DNA of 64,000 nt. Source: a virus. Below are positions 18,636-29,382 of this stretch, in pieces (positions within the stretch are counted from its first letter, which is position 1; each line of letters opens with the position of its first letter). A program made the position numbers and the translations under genes. The stretch is taken from IMG/VR virus record IMGVR_UViG_3300042449_000993, positions 32,001 to 96,000 of that record; one strand, given 5' to 3'. The notes beneath the pieces are model-generated. The model saw only the letters and a program-made list of their open reading frames with translations. It was not told where the DNA came from and did no database searches.

Positions 18636-21482
18636 ATGTCATCACAGAATAGACTTTCAACACTCGTAGAATGGCAACTTCCTGACTTTATTCGTCGGGA
18701 TCATCCATTGTTCGTAGAATTTTTGCAAAAGTATTACGAATATCTTGAAACGCCAAATTCTCCTGTTTACGAATTAAAGAGATTCTCTGATAACTATGAT
18801 GTAGATAAAGCCAGAGAAGCATTTTTACAATATTTTAAAAATAAAATCATACCTTCTTTTCCTGATTCTACAGAGTTGTCAACAGAAAGAATTATTAAGG
18901 CTGCGCGCGATTTTTATGCAAAGAAAGGTACTCCTGACTCATTTAAATTTCTTTTCAGTGCTTTATATGGTGCAGAATTAGAAGTATTTTTCCCAAAATT
19001 ACAAATTTTAAAAGCATCTGATGGTAAATGGATTCTACCTCAAGCATTTCGTTTAACGCTTACTGGTGCAAATCTTTCTCTTGATTTAAATTTAATTGAA
19101 AAGCGAAAAGCATATGGCAGCATTTCCAGAGCGAGCTGTATTGTTGAAAGCGCAATAAGAACAATTGATAAAAGCACCAACAATGAAATTGTTGAAATTT
19201 ATGTTTCAAATGTAAATCGTGCATTTCAAAATGGTGAAGATCTAGAAATAGAGTATCTTGACATTAATGGCGCGACTCAAACATTCTCAGAAAAGATTAT
19301 TGGTGCACTTTCAAATATTCAAATTACTCAAAATCGTCGCGGCACAAGATATCTAACAGGTGACCCAGTTGTGATTAATGGTGGTTTGGATACCACATCA
19401 ACTACAAAAGTAAAGGCTGTTGCAACTGTTGGGAATGTAACCACAGGTTCAATTGATTCTGTCACCGTATTAAATCGCGGATATGGATTTAGAACATTTC
19501 CAAATTCTTTAGTTGATATTGTAACAGCAAATGGCGTTGGTGCAAACGTAATTGTTGCTTCGGTAGACACAGCAAACAATATTGAAATTCCTTATAACAT
19601 TGATGCAATTTTATACAAAAAAGATACTTTATTAAATGCTGCAGACTATGATTTTGATAATGTTGCTTCAGCAGACATTAATACAACCATTATTGATGCA
19701 TTAACATTTGAAAAAATAAACGTTTATCCAATACTTACAATGAGTGTTGTAAATGGCGGATCTTTCTTCAGTGAAGAGCCAACTTTAGATGTTGTTTCTC
19801 TATTCGAGAGTGATTATTCAGAAACAAATGGCAACCTATTGTTAAGTCCAGGCTCATTTAGTACATACAATGCATCAAATTCTTCCATTAAATTTGTTGG
19901 TGGTGGGTTTTCTAGTGTGAATGATTATTACAATGGATGGAGAATTTTACTTGAAAAACAATATAGAACAATCATAGATTATGATGGTGCAACTAAAACT
20001 GCATTTTTAGATAGATCGTTCGAAGTAAATATAAATTTAACCAATATTCTCACTAAAAATCTTTATCTTGATTCCCGCCCATCAACTAAATCTATGGGCT
20101 ATATTGCTCACGTTGAAGTATTAAATGGTGGAAGTGGATATGATAGTGGCGATACTCTTTCACTAGCTGGAACAGGTTATGGTGCTGTCCTCAGCCCAAC
20201 GATAACAGGTGGTTCATTTACTGCAGTTTCAGTATCAAATCGTGGTGAGGGATATGTTGAACCGCCAACAGTAATCGTAAATACATCAACTGGTAGTGGG
20301 GCATTATTTAAAGTTTATGTTCTTGGAAATGGTGAGGAATTTGATGTTGTAACTGGAGACATTGGTCAAGTCAGAGACATTATTCTCTCAAATCGTGGAT
20401 CAGATTATGTTTCAGCACCAAATGTATCACTAAAAGTATATGACATTTTAATTTCTCCTCTTGGTGGATCTGAAGTAATTCTCGAGAATGATATTGTATA
20501 TCAAGGTGTAAATGTAAATACAACTACATTTAGAGCCATCGTTGATGAATATTATCCATCTAATAATATTATCAGAGTTTTCAATTATTCTGGTTCTATA
20601 AACGTAGCACAAAATCTTGTTGTTTATAAGACTGAGACAGCAGCACAAACAAACACCTTCATTCAAACTTCAACGATTGGAGGTAAAACGTATCCATACA
20701 AATATGGTGACGGCAGAGCCAGAGCAACAGCAGAATTTTTAAATGGTCTTATTCGCTATAACGGATATTATCTAAACACCGATGGACAATTAAGTTCTGA
20801 TAAGAGATTACAAGACGCTAAGAGATATCACAATTATTCTTATGAATTAATCTCTGATCGCTCTTACACTGAGTATAGTAAAACTGTTCTTGAGAGTTTA
20901 CATCCTGCAGGCGCATCACTACTTGCTGCGCATATGATCAAAACAGATTTGCAGGTCTCGCAGCTTTCTAATATAAATGTTCATACACTCTATACAAATA
21001 GTAATAGTTTAATCACGAACTGTAACGTTGGATTTAATGCAGCTATTGTTTCTGGAAACACAGGCAGTGACTTTGATTTGCTTGCAAATATTGGTGATAT
21101 TATCATAATTAATTCTGGTAATGTGTATCGCTCTTTTGCAAAGGTGATCACTTCGTTTACCAGCAACACTCAACTAAATATAGAGAGCCCTTGCGTTATT
21201 GTTGGTGAAGGTCGCGGTAAAGTTACAGCAAACCTCAATACACTTACAATTAGCGGCAATTCAAACTCTATTGTACAATTCATCACAGTAGACGACGAAC
21301 TTAGAATAAACGTAAATAATTCTATCTTGGTTAAAACGATTAATAGTATTTCTGGCAATGTAATTACTCTCAACAGCAATGTGGGTATTACAACGACCAA
21401 TACAAATCTTGTTTACTTCGTTTATCCGAAGTTAAACGCAGTAAGTTACAAAATAGTCAGTACGACTGACGAATTCTCTTAA
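18636..21482 (+). CDS. 7: Baseplate wedge initiator (gp7-like)
   Basis: QLPDFI, FLQKYYEYLE, FYAKKGT, LQD..YHNYSY, HPAG; between gp6 and gp8. Confidence 0.72.
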   Translation: MSSQNRLSTLVEWQLPDFIRRDHPLFVEFLQKYYEYLETPNSPVYELKRFSDNYDVDKAREAFLQYFKNKIIPSFPDSTELSTERIIKAARDFYAKKGTPDSFKFLFSALYGAELEVFFPKLQILKASDGKWILPQAFRLTLTGANLSLDLNLIEKRKAYGSISRASCIVESAIRTIDKSTNNEIVEIYVSNVNRAFQNGEDLEIEYLDINGATQTFSEKIIGALSNIQITQNRRGTRYLTGDPVVINGGLDTTSTTKVKAVATVGNVTTGSIDSVTVLNRGYGFRTFPNSLVDIVTANGVGANVIVASVDTANNIEIPYNIDAILYKKDTLLNAADYDFDNVASADINTTIIDALTFEKINVYPILTMSVVNGGSFFSEEPTLDVVSLFESDYSETNGNLLLSPGSFSTYNASNSSIKFVGGGFSSVNDYYNGWRILLEKQYRTIIDYDGATKTAFLDRSFEVNINLTNILTKNLYLDSRPSTKSMGYIAHVEVLNGGSGYDSGDTLSLAGTGYGAVLSPTITGGSFTAVSVSNRGEGYVEPPTVIVNTSTGSGALFKVYVLGNGEEFDVVTGDIGQVRDIILSNRGSDYVSAPNVSLKVYDILISPLGGSEVILENDIVYQGVNVNTTTFRAIVDEYYPSNNIIRVFNYSGSINVAQNLVVYKTETAAQTNTFIQTSTIGGKTYPYKYGDGRARATAEFLNGLIRYNGYYLNTDGQLSSDKRLQDAKRYHNYSYELISDRSYTEYSKTVLESLHPAGASLLAAHMIKTDLQVSQLSNINVHTLYTNSNSLITNCNVGFNAAIVSGNTGSDFDLLANIGDIIIINSGNVYRSFAKVITSFTSNTQLNIESPCVIVGEGRGKVTANLNTLTISGNSNSIVQFITVDDELRINVNNSILVKTINSISGNVITLNSNVGITTTNTNLVYFVYPKLNAVSYKIVSTTDEFS

Positions 21483-21499
21483 CGGAGAGATAATATAAA

Positions 21500-22879
21500 A
21501 TGGCGAGTTATGCAATCTTAACTAAAAATTTCGGTGTTTTAAACGCCCAGAACTTCGAGCGTTTAACAACTGGGGCATTTGCAAATTGCTACGTCGCGAT
21601 TGGTCGTCAAAGCGACTGGTCGGGTGGTGATGTTGCTGCTGCTCCTGTAGACACTTCAAACAGTTTCTATCGATTCTGGGACACCATGATCGGTATGAAG
21701 AAAATCACTGCTGCTGACATGAATTTAGTTGTTCCACGTGTTGATTGGGAAACAGGAACAACGTATATTGAATATAATCAAGATACTCAAATGTTTGCAA
21801 AAGCCAATACTGCAAATGTTGCGTATGATAACAAATTTTATGTGAGAAATACGCGAGATCAAATCTTTAAATGTTTGTTCAATAACAACAGTGGATCATC
21901 TACTGTGATGCCAGAAATTAATTTAGATGGCCAACTTCCAGAAAATGCATTTGTTGAAACATCAGATGGATACAAATGGAAGTATTTGTATACAATTCCA
22001 CCTGGACTTAAAGAAAAGTTTTTCACAAATCAATATATGCCTGTTGTGACAGAGGCTATTGTCACAAATAATGCTGTTGATGGTCGTCTTGACATCATTA
22101 AGATTACTGCAAATGGTGCTGGTTTTTATGCGAATGCAAATTCAAATAGTTATAGCATCGTTTCTATTAGTGGTGATGGATCTAATGCAAATGTGACTGT
22201 GAAGGTTACAACTACTGCCCTTCTTGGTGGTAATTTGAGCGGATATAATATTATTTCTGCAGGTAACAATTATACCAGAGCCACGCTCAGTTTGACCGAC
22301 CCTATCAAAGTTCCTGGAACTGCAAATGGCACATTAACCGCAGTTATAGGTCCTCCAGGAGGACATGGCTCAGATGTAGCGCAAGAATTGGGTGCATCTA
22401 ATTTGATGCTTTGCGTTCAAATTGAGGGTGATGAGGGTGGAAAACTTCCAATTAATGGATTAAACACATTTAGACAGATTGGCATTCTAAAAGATCCTCT
22501 ATTAGCCAACTCTGCTTTTGCGTCAAATAACGTATACAGAACGACAACAGCTCTCGGCATTTCAGCTGCAGTCACTCCAGCATTTAGTTTGAAAGAAACA
22601 ATCTATGTTGGAACTTCTCTTGCAACCGCGACATTTACTGCAGTGGTTGAAAACTATGATAGCGCAAATCTTGTATTATATGTAAACAATACAACTGGAT
22701 CCCTCACAACTCCAGCAACGATTGTGGGGAATACTTCTGGAGCAATTACTAGCGTTTTAAGTCAAACTGCTCCAGAAATAAAGAAGTTCTCAGGGGATCT
22801 ACTATATATTGAAAACAGCGCAAATATTTCTCGATCAACTGTTGAAACTCAACAAGTTAAACTTACGCTCAGATTTTAA
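21500..22879 (+). CDS. 8: Baseplate wedge subunit gp8
   Basis: VVPRVDW, FKCLFNN, DGYKWKYLYTI, PPGGHG, FRQIGILKDP, SGDLLYIEN. Confidence 0.88.
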   Translation: MASYAILTKNFGVLNAQNFERLTTGAFANCYVAIGRQSDWSGGDVAAAPVDTSNSFYRFWDTMIGMKKITAADMNLVVPRVDWETGTTYIEYNQDTQMFAKANTANVAYDNKFYVRNTRDQIFKCLFNNNSGSSTVMPEINLDGQLPENAFVETSDGYKWKYLYTIPPGLKEKFFTNQYMPVVTEAIVTNNAVDGRLDIIKITANGAGFYANANSNSYSIVSISGDGSNANVTVKVTTTALLGGNLSGYNIISAGNNYTRATLSLTDPIKVPGTANGTLTAVIGPPGGHGSDVAQELGASNLMLCVQIEGDEGGKLPINGLNTFRQIGILKDPLLANSAFASNNVYRTTTALGISAAVTPAFSLKETIYVGTSLATATFTAVVENYDSANLVLYVNNTTGSLTTPATIVGNTSGAITSVLSQTAPEIKKFSGDLLYIENSANISRSTVETQQVKLTLRF

Positions 22880-22889
22880 GGTGTAACAG

Positions 22890-25800
22890 ATGGATTTTAA
22901 TGTAGAACCGTTTTATGACGATTTTGAGGCTTCCAACGGAGCCAAAGATCAGAATTATATGAGAGTATTATTCCGTCCTGGATATGCAGTTCAGGCACGT
23001 GAACTTACTCAAATTCAGTCCATCGTTCAAAATCAAATTAAGAGTTTTGGTGACCATATCTTTAAAGACGGTTCTCCAGTTTACGGTGGGCAAATTACTC
23101 TTGATACAAACGCAAACTATCTTAAACTTCAAACAACCTATAACGGAATTGACGTCGAAGCTGCAGATTTCGCAAATACCGTAATCTCAAATAGTTCTGG
23201 CACTTCGAAAATTCGAGCAAGAGTTGTTTCAGTAGATGAAACTCAAACACAGCCAACATTGATGGTTCGCTATCTTCGCGGAAATCAATTTGCGAATGGC
23301 GACGTCATTCAAGCAACAACCACGCAAGGAACAACGTTTGCTCAATTATCTGCTGATAGTGCTTCTGGTAAAGGCTCAGTTGCCTCTATTGACGAAGGTA
23401 TCTTTTATGTTGATGGATATTTCGTTAAAGTTAGTCCGCAAACTATCGTTTTAGATCCATATGGTAACACACCAACATATAAAATTGGTCTTGAGATCGA
23501 CGATAATATTATTGATGAGTCTGAAGATACAAATCTTTTAGACCCTGCGCAAAATTCATTCAACTATCAGGCTCCAGGTGCATGGCGTTATCAATTTAGA
23601 TTAAATCTAGCAAAACGAGAACTCACATCTGTTGACGATGAGAAGTTTTTTGAACTAGTTCGTGTTGAAAACGGACTCATCACAAAACAAGTTCGTTATC
23701 CAATTTACTCAGAACTAGAAAATACTCTTGCTCGCCGCACTTATGACGAATCTGGCGACTATACAGTTCGCCCATTTGGTGTTTCTCTTTCCGCAAACAC
23801 AGCATGTAATGATACATTTATTATTAATGTTGAACCAGGAAAGGCATACGTTAAAGGGTTTGAATATGAGTTTGCTGGAACGCAAAAAATTGAAGTAAAC
23901 AAAGCCAGAACAACAAATACATCAACAGATTACGATCTTTCAGTTGAGTATGGCAAGTATGTTTATGCGAATACGATCACTGGATCTTCTTCAGGATTGT
24001 TTAATATCGCTAAACTCGATGTGATTGATCTTCACTGCGTCCCTCAAGTAAACGTATCAGTTTCAACTATTGATGCATATAATACAACTTATATGGGTTA
24101 TGCGAGAATTCGCAACTTTAGAAGAGACAGTTCAACAGAATATCTTGTGTATCTAACTGATATTAATCTTGTATCAAATACCGTAACTGCAGCAGCAACT
24201 GCTGTAAATGCAAACTCTATTGTGTTCCCTGCAGGATACTCTGATCTAAATGATGCATACGCTAATGTAAGCGTAAGAGTGTTGAGTGGTGGTGCAAGTA
24301 ACGTATCTGCTGGCGATGTTCGTAAGATCGTAAGATATGATGGTGCTACAAAGACTGCATTTACAGATTTAAACTTTACTGCACTCATCGGTAGCGGTAA
24401 CACAGTTTCTCTCTTGTATAGCACAAAAGATATTGATTCATTGGTTGAAGCACCTGCTGCAAAGACATCTTATAATGTTAAGATGAATATCTCGAATAGC
24501 AGTAAAGATATTACAAATGCAACAATCATCTCTGATGAAAATAGAGATTCATTGTTGTTCATGCTACCAGATAATTATGTTTCTTATGGATCAATCACCA
24601 ATGCTGACTTTAATAGCATGAAGGTGTTTGAAGATAAGTCATTCACTTCAAATGGTCAGTTAGCACTAACTCTTGCTGGCAATGAGACATATGGTTATGG
24701 TTCAGATGGAAGTTTCTTATCTGCAACCTCAGCAAATGCTAACATTATTGTAATGGTCAAATCTCTTGGAACTGCATCAAACGTTGTAGTTGGTCAAATA
24801 TTGAATTTAACTGCTGCGGTGGGTCCAGGTGGTGGCGGTCGTGGAGTTGCTGTTCGTAGAGATTCATCAACACAATTGACAATTTTCAGTGGTGAATTGG
24901 GAACATTTACTGCAGACATTTATGCTGTAGTGAAGGTCAATGATTCAGAATCAGCCACAAATAATCGTAGAACAAAAACGATTCGTGGAAACGCTGCAAA
25001 CACTACGCTTTTAGCAACCGATAGTTATCTAAATGCTACACAAGTTACAGGTTGCACATCAGTAAGAATTGACACGACAAATGGTCATGTTTGGTTTACA
25101 AATACCAGCTTTATTAATAAAACTCCTGGTGGCAATAACTCACTATTCATTCCAGACGTTTATAAGATCATAAAGATCTATGATTCTGGAAGCGGAACTC
25201 AAGAACCAACAGCAACAAATGCAATTGATATTACGAGTCGTTTCTATCTAGATTCTGGTCAAACTCTTGGAATGTATGATCATTCTAAGATTGTATTGAA
25301 ACCAGGTGCCTCTGCCCCACGAGGACAGACTGTTGTGATGTTGCAATATTATGAACATTCATCAGCAATTAATGGATACTTTGATGCAGATTCTTACCCA
25401 TCGGCTCAATATGCAAATGGAACAATTCCAACGTTCATAACTTCTGATGGAACAACATATAATCTTCGTGATGCGATTGACTTCCGCCCTACGAGAGATA
25501 TTGGAACAAGTTCGAGCGTTGCTTCATATACCTTTGTTGGTATGAAAAATCCAATGCCAGATGATCCAATGGAATTGACATATTCATATTATGTTCCACG
25601 TGTTGATAAACTTATTTTGACAACAGAAGGCGAATTTAAAACTCTCACTGGTGTTGCGGGTAAGTATCCAATTCCTCCTGTGGATACAGAAGATGGAATG
25701 ACATTGTTTAGAGTTGACATTCCTGCATATACTGCAAATGTTAACAGCATCAAACTTACAAAGGTAGACAATAAGCGTTATACAATGCGTGACATTGGAA

Positions 25801-26438
25801 CGCTAGAAAATCGTATTCGCAATATTGAATACTACACCTCATTGAGTATCGCTGAGAAAAAAGCAACTGATGCTCCAATTTTGTACGAAGATAATGCTAC
25901 AGAAAAGGAAAAGTATGGTATTGTTGCAGATAATTTCACAGGATTTAATGTTGCTGATACGTTAAATGCAGACTTCAAGTGCTCTTTAGAAAAGGGTAAA
26001 CTTTCTGCTTATAATAATTTGAAACATATTCCTCTCGAAGTTAGCACAATTGGTGCAAATACTAAGAGAAATTCAAAAACTGTTTCGCTTGATTATACAG
26101 AAGAAGTTATTGTTCAACAAACAACAGCGACTGCAAATGTGACTGTTCAGCCATATTTGTATGGAACATTTATTGGGCAATTAACTCTTTCGCCACAAAG
26201 CGACAGCTGGTTCTCTGAGAATCAAGCACCAATTCCTGTATCTCCAACATCGCCAGTTCCAACAATTGATGCGCCTGTTCCAGTTGTCGGTCCGCAAAAT
26301 ACAATTACCACAAATCCACGTAATCCATTTGGATTTGCACCAATTGTCTTGACTCAAGAGGATTGGTTCCGCAGAGGTGGCGGTATGGCAAATGCGTTAA
26401 ATAGAGCGCAGGAACGAGTAGAAGAATTAGCACCGTAG
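22890..26438 (+). CDS. Large virion structural protein, VrlC/DUF4815-like, N-terminal part
   Basis: PFYDDF, RVLFRPGYAVQARELTQIQS, LARRTYDESGDY, DAIDFRP, KRYTMRDIG.LE.RI..IEYYTSL. Confidence 0.78.
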   Translation: MDFNVEPFYDDFEASNGAKDQNYMRVLFRPGYAVQARELTQIQSIVQNQIKSFGDHIFKDGSPVYGGQITLDTNANYLKLQTTYNGIDVEAADFANTVISNSSGTSKIRARVVSVDETQTQPTLMVRYLRGNQFANGDVIQATTTQGTTFAQLSADSASGKGSVASIDEGIFYVDGYFVKVSPQTIVLDPYGNTPTYKIGLEIDDNIIDESEDTNLLDPAQNSFNYQAPGAWRYQFRLNLAKRELTSVDDEKFFELVRVENGLITKQVRYPIYSELENTLARRTYDESGDYTVRPFGVSLSANTACNDTFIINVEPGKAYVKGFEYEFAGTQKIEVNKARTTNTSTDYDLSVEYGKYVYANTITGSSSGLFNIAKLDVIDLHCVPQVNVSVSTIDAYNTTYMGYARIRNFRRDSSTEYLVYLTDINLVSNTVTAAATAVNANSIVFPAGYSDLNDAYANVSVRVLSGGASNVSAGDVRKIVRYDGATKTAFTDLNFTALIGSGNTVSLLYSTKDIDSLVEAPAAKTSYNVKMNISNSSKDITNATIISDENRDSLLFMLPDNYVSYGSITNADFNSMKVFEDKSFTSNGQLALTLAGNETYGYGSDGSFLSATSANANIIVMVKSLGTASNVVVGQILNLTAAVGPGGGGRGVAVRRDSSTQLTIFSGELGTFTADIYAVVKVNDSESATNNRRTKTIRGNAANTTLLATDSYLNATQVTGCTSVRIDTTNGHVWFTNTSFINKTPGGNNSLFIPDVYKIIKIYDSGSGTQEPTATNAIDITSRFYLDSGQTLGMYDHSKIVLKPGASAPRGQTVVMLQYYEHSSAINGYFDADSYPSAQYANGTIPTFITSDGTTYNLRDAIDFRPTRDIGTSSSVASYTFVGMKNPMPDDPMELTYSYYVPRVDKLILTTEGEFKTLTGVAGKYPIPPVDTEDGMTLFRVDIPAYTANVNSIKLTKVDNKRYTMRDIGTLENRIRNIEYYTSLSIAEKKATDAPILYEDNATEKEKYGIVADNFTGFNVADTLNADFKCSLEKGKLSAYNNLKHIPLEVSTIGANTKRNSKTVSLDYTEEVIVQQTTATANVTVQPYLYGTFIGQLTLSPQSDSWFSENQAPIPVSPTSPVPTIDAPVPVVGPQNTITTNPRNPFGFAPIVLTQEDWFRRGGGMANALNRAQERVEELAP

Positions 26439-26450
26439 TAGGTTTAAAAC

Positions 26451-29156
26451 ATGTTCGACGAATTTCCATTTAATTTTATATTCAATCCAAACCTAATCAA
26501 TGGTTTGGATCCAAATGCGTTTTCGCCAGTTGAGCAATCTAACGATCCAAATATCGTTACTCGATTTATTCGCGCAAACGAAGTTGTGTTTGTTGGCACA
26601 TCGTTAACACCAGATAAAGTTCCTAACTTTTTCTTAGATGATGCAGTTGTCAATAATTTTGTACAGAAGTCAAATAGACTAGAATTAAATGCTGCAAATA
26701 ACGCAAGCATCTTCGTTCAAGGTGAGGGCATTGTTGATATTACAACAAATGCATATGCTCGTGTTCTTGCAAGCTCGAATAATATTCTATATTTGAATCA
26801 AAACTTTTTAACTGTGAATATCGCTGCTTATGGTGCCAACTCACTAAATGACAATGATTATGCTGTAAATGATATTGTTATTCAGAGAGCCAGTGGAACA
26901 AGTGGTGTAACAACTTTCCGTGGTCGCGTTCAATACTATGATCGTGCAAATGGTGTTCTTGCCATCTCTCCTTCTGATGGTGCTATGAATGCATATGGTG
27001 CTGTGGCAAATAGTGTTATTTCAAAATTGAACAGTGCAGTTCTTACAAATGCTGCATCATTCATTCGCGGAAACACGTTTAGAGCTGGCAACAGAGTTCG
27101 TGGTGCTGCGAATGTGTCAAATACTGGATTGATTGTTTCTCTTGATCATGCTTCTGGTGTTTATACTGCAGCAAATGGCACCAACACTCTATCAATTCTT
27201 GTTCAAGCCAACTCAATTAATTCTGTTGGAAACACTCTTATCATCACTTCTGGAACTGGACAAAACACTGTAAGAGAAATTCTTGCAGTTCATGGTACGA
27301 ATCATAATGAACTTCGTCTCAATGCTACAGTTACATTGAGTTCAAATTCTAAGTATACATTTGGCACTCACGTGGTTGATGAATTTGGTCGCATCACTGG
27401 TATCTTTAATATTCCAGAAACTGAAAGTGCTCGATTCCCAGCAGGTGAGCGTATCTTCACAATCACTGATACGGAAGGTGCTCAAAATAACTTCTTCTCA
27501 ATGCGTGCAACTGCGACATATAATGCAGTTGGTGCGCCACCAGTTATTCCACCACCTGTATTTGTCCCACCACCTGTTCCACAAAGAAGAAGAGATCCTC
27601 TTGCTCAAACATTCTTTACGCCAGAAGTTGATGTGCAAGTAAATGGCGCGCCTAAATTTAATTATGGCATTTATGTGTCATCTGTCGACTTGTTCTTTGC
27701 TGGTAAGCCAATTCTAGCAGATCTTCAACTTCCTATTACAGTTGAACTTGTAACTGTGGTGAATGGAATTCCAACACAAAATGTGATTGCTGCTAAATCA
27801 GTAGAATGTCGTGATGTTAAAACGTCATTGATTCCAGATGCATCAAATACCAGCACAATTACCAACTTTAAGTTTGATGATCCAGTATATTTGGAACCAG
27901 AAACAGAATACGCTATTGTTGTGAAGTCTGATTCTCCAGATTACTATGTGTTCATCTCTGAACTCGGCGGAAGTGTTCTTGGTGCAAATCCACCACGTCG
28001 TGTTTCTCAGCAGCCATATCTTGGCTCATTGTTTAAATCACAAAACTCATCAACGTGGACACCAATTCAAAATCAAGATTTGATGTTCCGCATTAAGAAG
28101 TGTGTCTTTACGCCAAATACTGGTGGCACGGTATTGTTTAAACCACAAAATCAATTTGCCAATGTGAATATTGATTCTATTTTGATGCACACAACACTGT
28201 TAACAAAGAAACCAACAGTTGCAAACTTTAAGTTTAAATCGAACAACGTTTCTAACGTACAAGATGCTCAGTTCACCTATATTCCTGTCAATTCACGATA
28301 TAGTTTTGGTGCTGATTTGTTGACATCAACCGCAACATCAAATCGCCGTCGTCGAATTATAGAGGGTGATACAGGATCATTTATTGCTGGTGTTGATTTA
28401 AATACGACAGACGCAGACGTATCGCCAATTGTAAACATTGAGCGCATCAGTGCTGTTGCTTATGAAAACGATATCAATGATGGAAGTATTTCAAATACTG
28501 ATATTAGCATTACTTCTGTTGGAACGCATACTGACGCTGGTGACATTACAGTTACAATTTCTGCTCCAGATTTAGCAGATGGCATTCAAGCAAATGCATA
28601 TGTTTCTGCTCTATCTAGCAATGGTGTTAGCACAATTATTGTTGACAATTCAGGTTCTGGATATATTACAACTCCAACGATTACTTTCTCAGAGGCTGTA
28701 GCATCATCAAATGCAACCGCTGTGATTGCTGGTGAAACAGGATCTTCTGGCGGTAATATGAAGGCTCGCTATATCACGAAACAGATTAGTCTTGCTGACG
28801 GATTTGATGCAGGTGATCTTCGTGTTTATATTGACGTCAATCGTCCACGTGGAACTAATGTTCACGTCTATTACAAAGTTAAATCAGCATCAGATCCTGA
28901 AAACTTCGAGTTGAAGAAGTGGAAGTTGATGAATAAGGTTCTTGATACCTATTCTGCAGATCAGAGCGAGGTTATTGAACTCGAATTTAGACCAAATCTT
29001 GAGAAAAACGTTCTTTCATATGTTGAGAATGGCGTTGTATATCCTCTTGGTGGTACGTTTAAATACTATGCTATTAAGATTGTGATGTCCGCTGCAGATC
29101 CAACTGTTGTTCCAACAGTTCTAAACTTTAGAGCAATTGCAACACCATCAGGATAA
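26451..29156 (+). CDS. Large virion structural protein, VrlC/DUF4815-like, C-terminal part
   Basis: DPLAQTF, SSVDLFF, F.FDDPVYL, GSLFKSQNSSTW, QDLMF, KYYAIKIVM, FRAIA. Confidence 0.75.
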   Translation: MFDEFPFNFIFNPNLINGLDPNAFSPVEQSNDPNIVTRFIRANEVVFVGTSLTPDKVPNFFLDDAVVNNFVQKSNRLELNAANNASIFVQGEGIVDITTNAYARVLASSNNILYLNQNFLTVNIAAYGANSLNDNDYAVNDIVIQRASGTSGVTTFRGRVQYYDRANGVLAISPSDGAMNAYGAVANSVISKLNSAVLTNAASFIRGNTFRAGNRVRGAANVSNTGLIVSLDHASGVYTAANGTNTLSILVQANSINSVGNTLIITSGTGQNTVREILAVHGTNHNELRLNATVTLSSNSKYTFGTHVVDEFGRITGIFNIPETESARFPAGERIFTITDTEGAQNNFFSMRATATYNAVGAPPVIPPPVFVPPPVPQRRRDPLAQTFFTPEVDVQVNGAPKFNYGIYVSSVDLFFAGKPILADLQLPITVELVTVVNGIPTQNVIAAKSVECRDVKTSLIPDASNTSTITNFKFDDPVYLEPETEYAIVVKSDSPDYYVFISELGGSVLGANPPRRVSQQPYLGSLFKSQNSSTWTPIQNQDLMFRIKKCVFTPNTGGTVLFKPQNQFANVNIDSILMHTTLLTKKPTVANFKFKSNNVSNVQDAQFTYIPVNSRYSFGADLLTSTATSNRRRRIIEGDTGSFIAGVDLNTTDADVSPIVNIERISAVAYENDINDGSISNTDISITSVGTHTDAGDITVTISAPDLADGIQANAYVSALSSNGVSTIIVDNSGSGYITTPTITFSEAVASSNATAVIAGETGSSGGNMKARYITKQISLADGFDAGDLRVYIDVNRPRGTNVHVYYKVKSASDPENFELKKWKLMNKVLDTYSADQSEVIELEFRPNLEKNVLSYVENGVVYPLGGTFKYYAIKIVMSAADPTVVPTVLNFRAIATPSG

Positions 29157-29157
29157 T

Positions 29158-29382
29158 ATGAAAATTAAAGTTAAAGATAGAAGTGATCTTGTTCGAGATT
29201 CGCAAACAATGGCAATCTTGAATGTTGACAAAAATGTATTAAATAAAGATCTTCTATATAAACAAAAAATGCGTCGAGAAAAACAAGTCGACGAGGCGAT
29301 AAATAAACTAGAAAATGATGTAAACGAAATAAAAGGTAATCTGAATAAAATACTTCAGATACTTGAGACTAGAGGTCCGTAA
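29158..29382 (+). CDS. Small conserved T4-like protein with C-terminal coiled coil
   Basis: LVRDSQTMAILN and INKLENDVNEIK..L..IL; ATG at 29158. Confidence 0.6.
   Translation: MKIKVKDRSDLVRDSQTMAILNVDKNVLNKDLLYKQKMRREKQVDEAINKLENDVNEIKGNLNKILQILETRGP

Noticed and set aside
26436-26450. Stop-codon readthrough or TAG recoding joining the two VrlC-like ORFs
   Set aside because: Three in-frame stops including TAA, and core genes translate intact with the standard code
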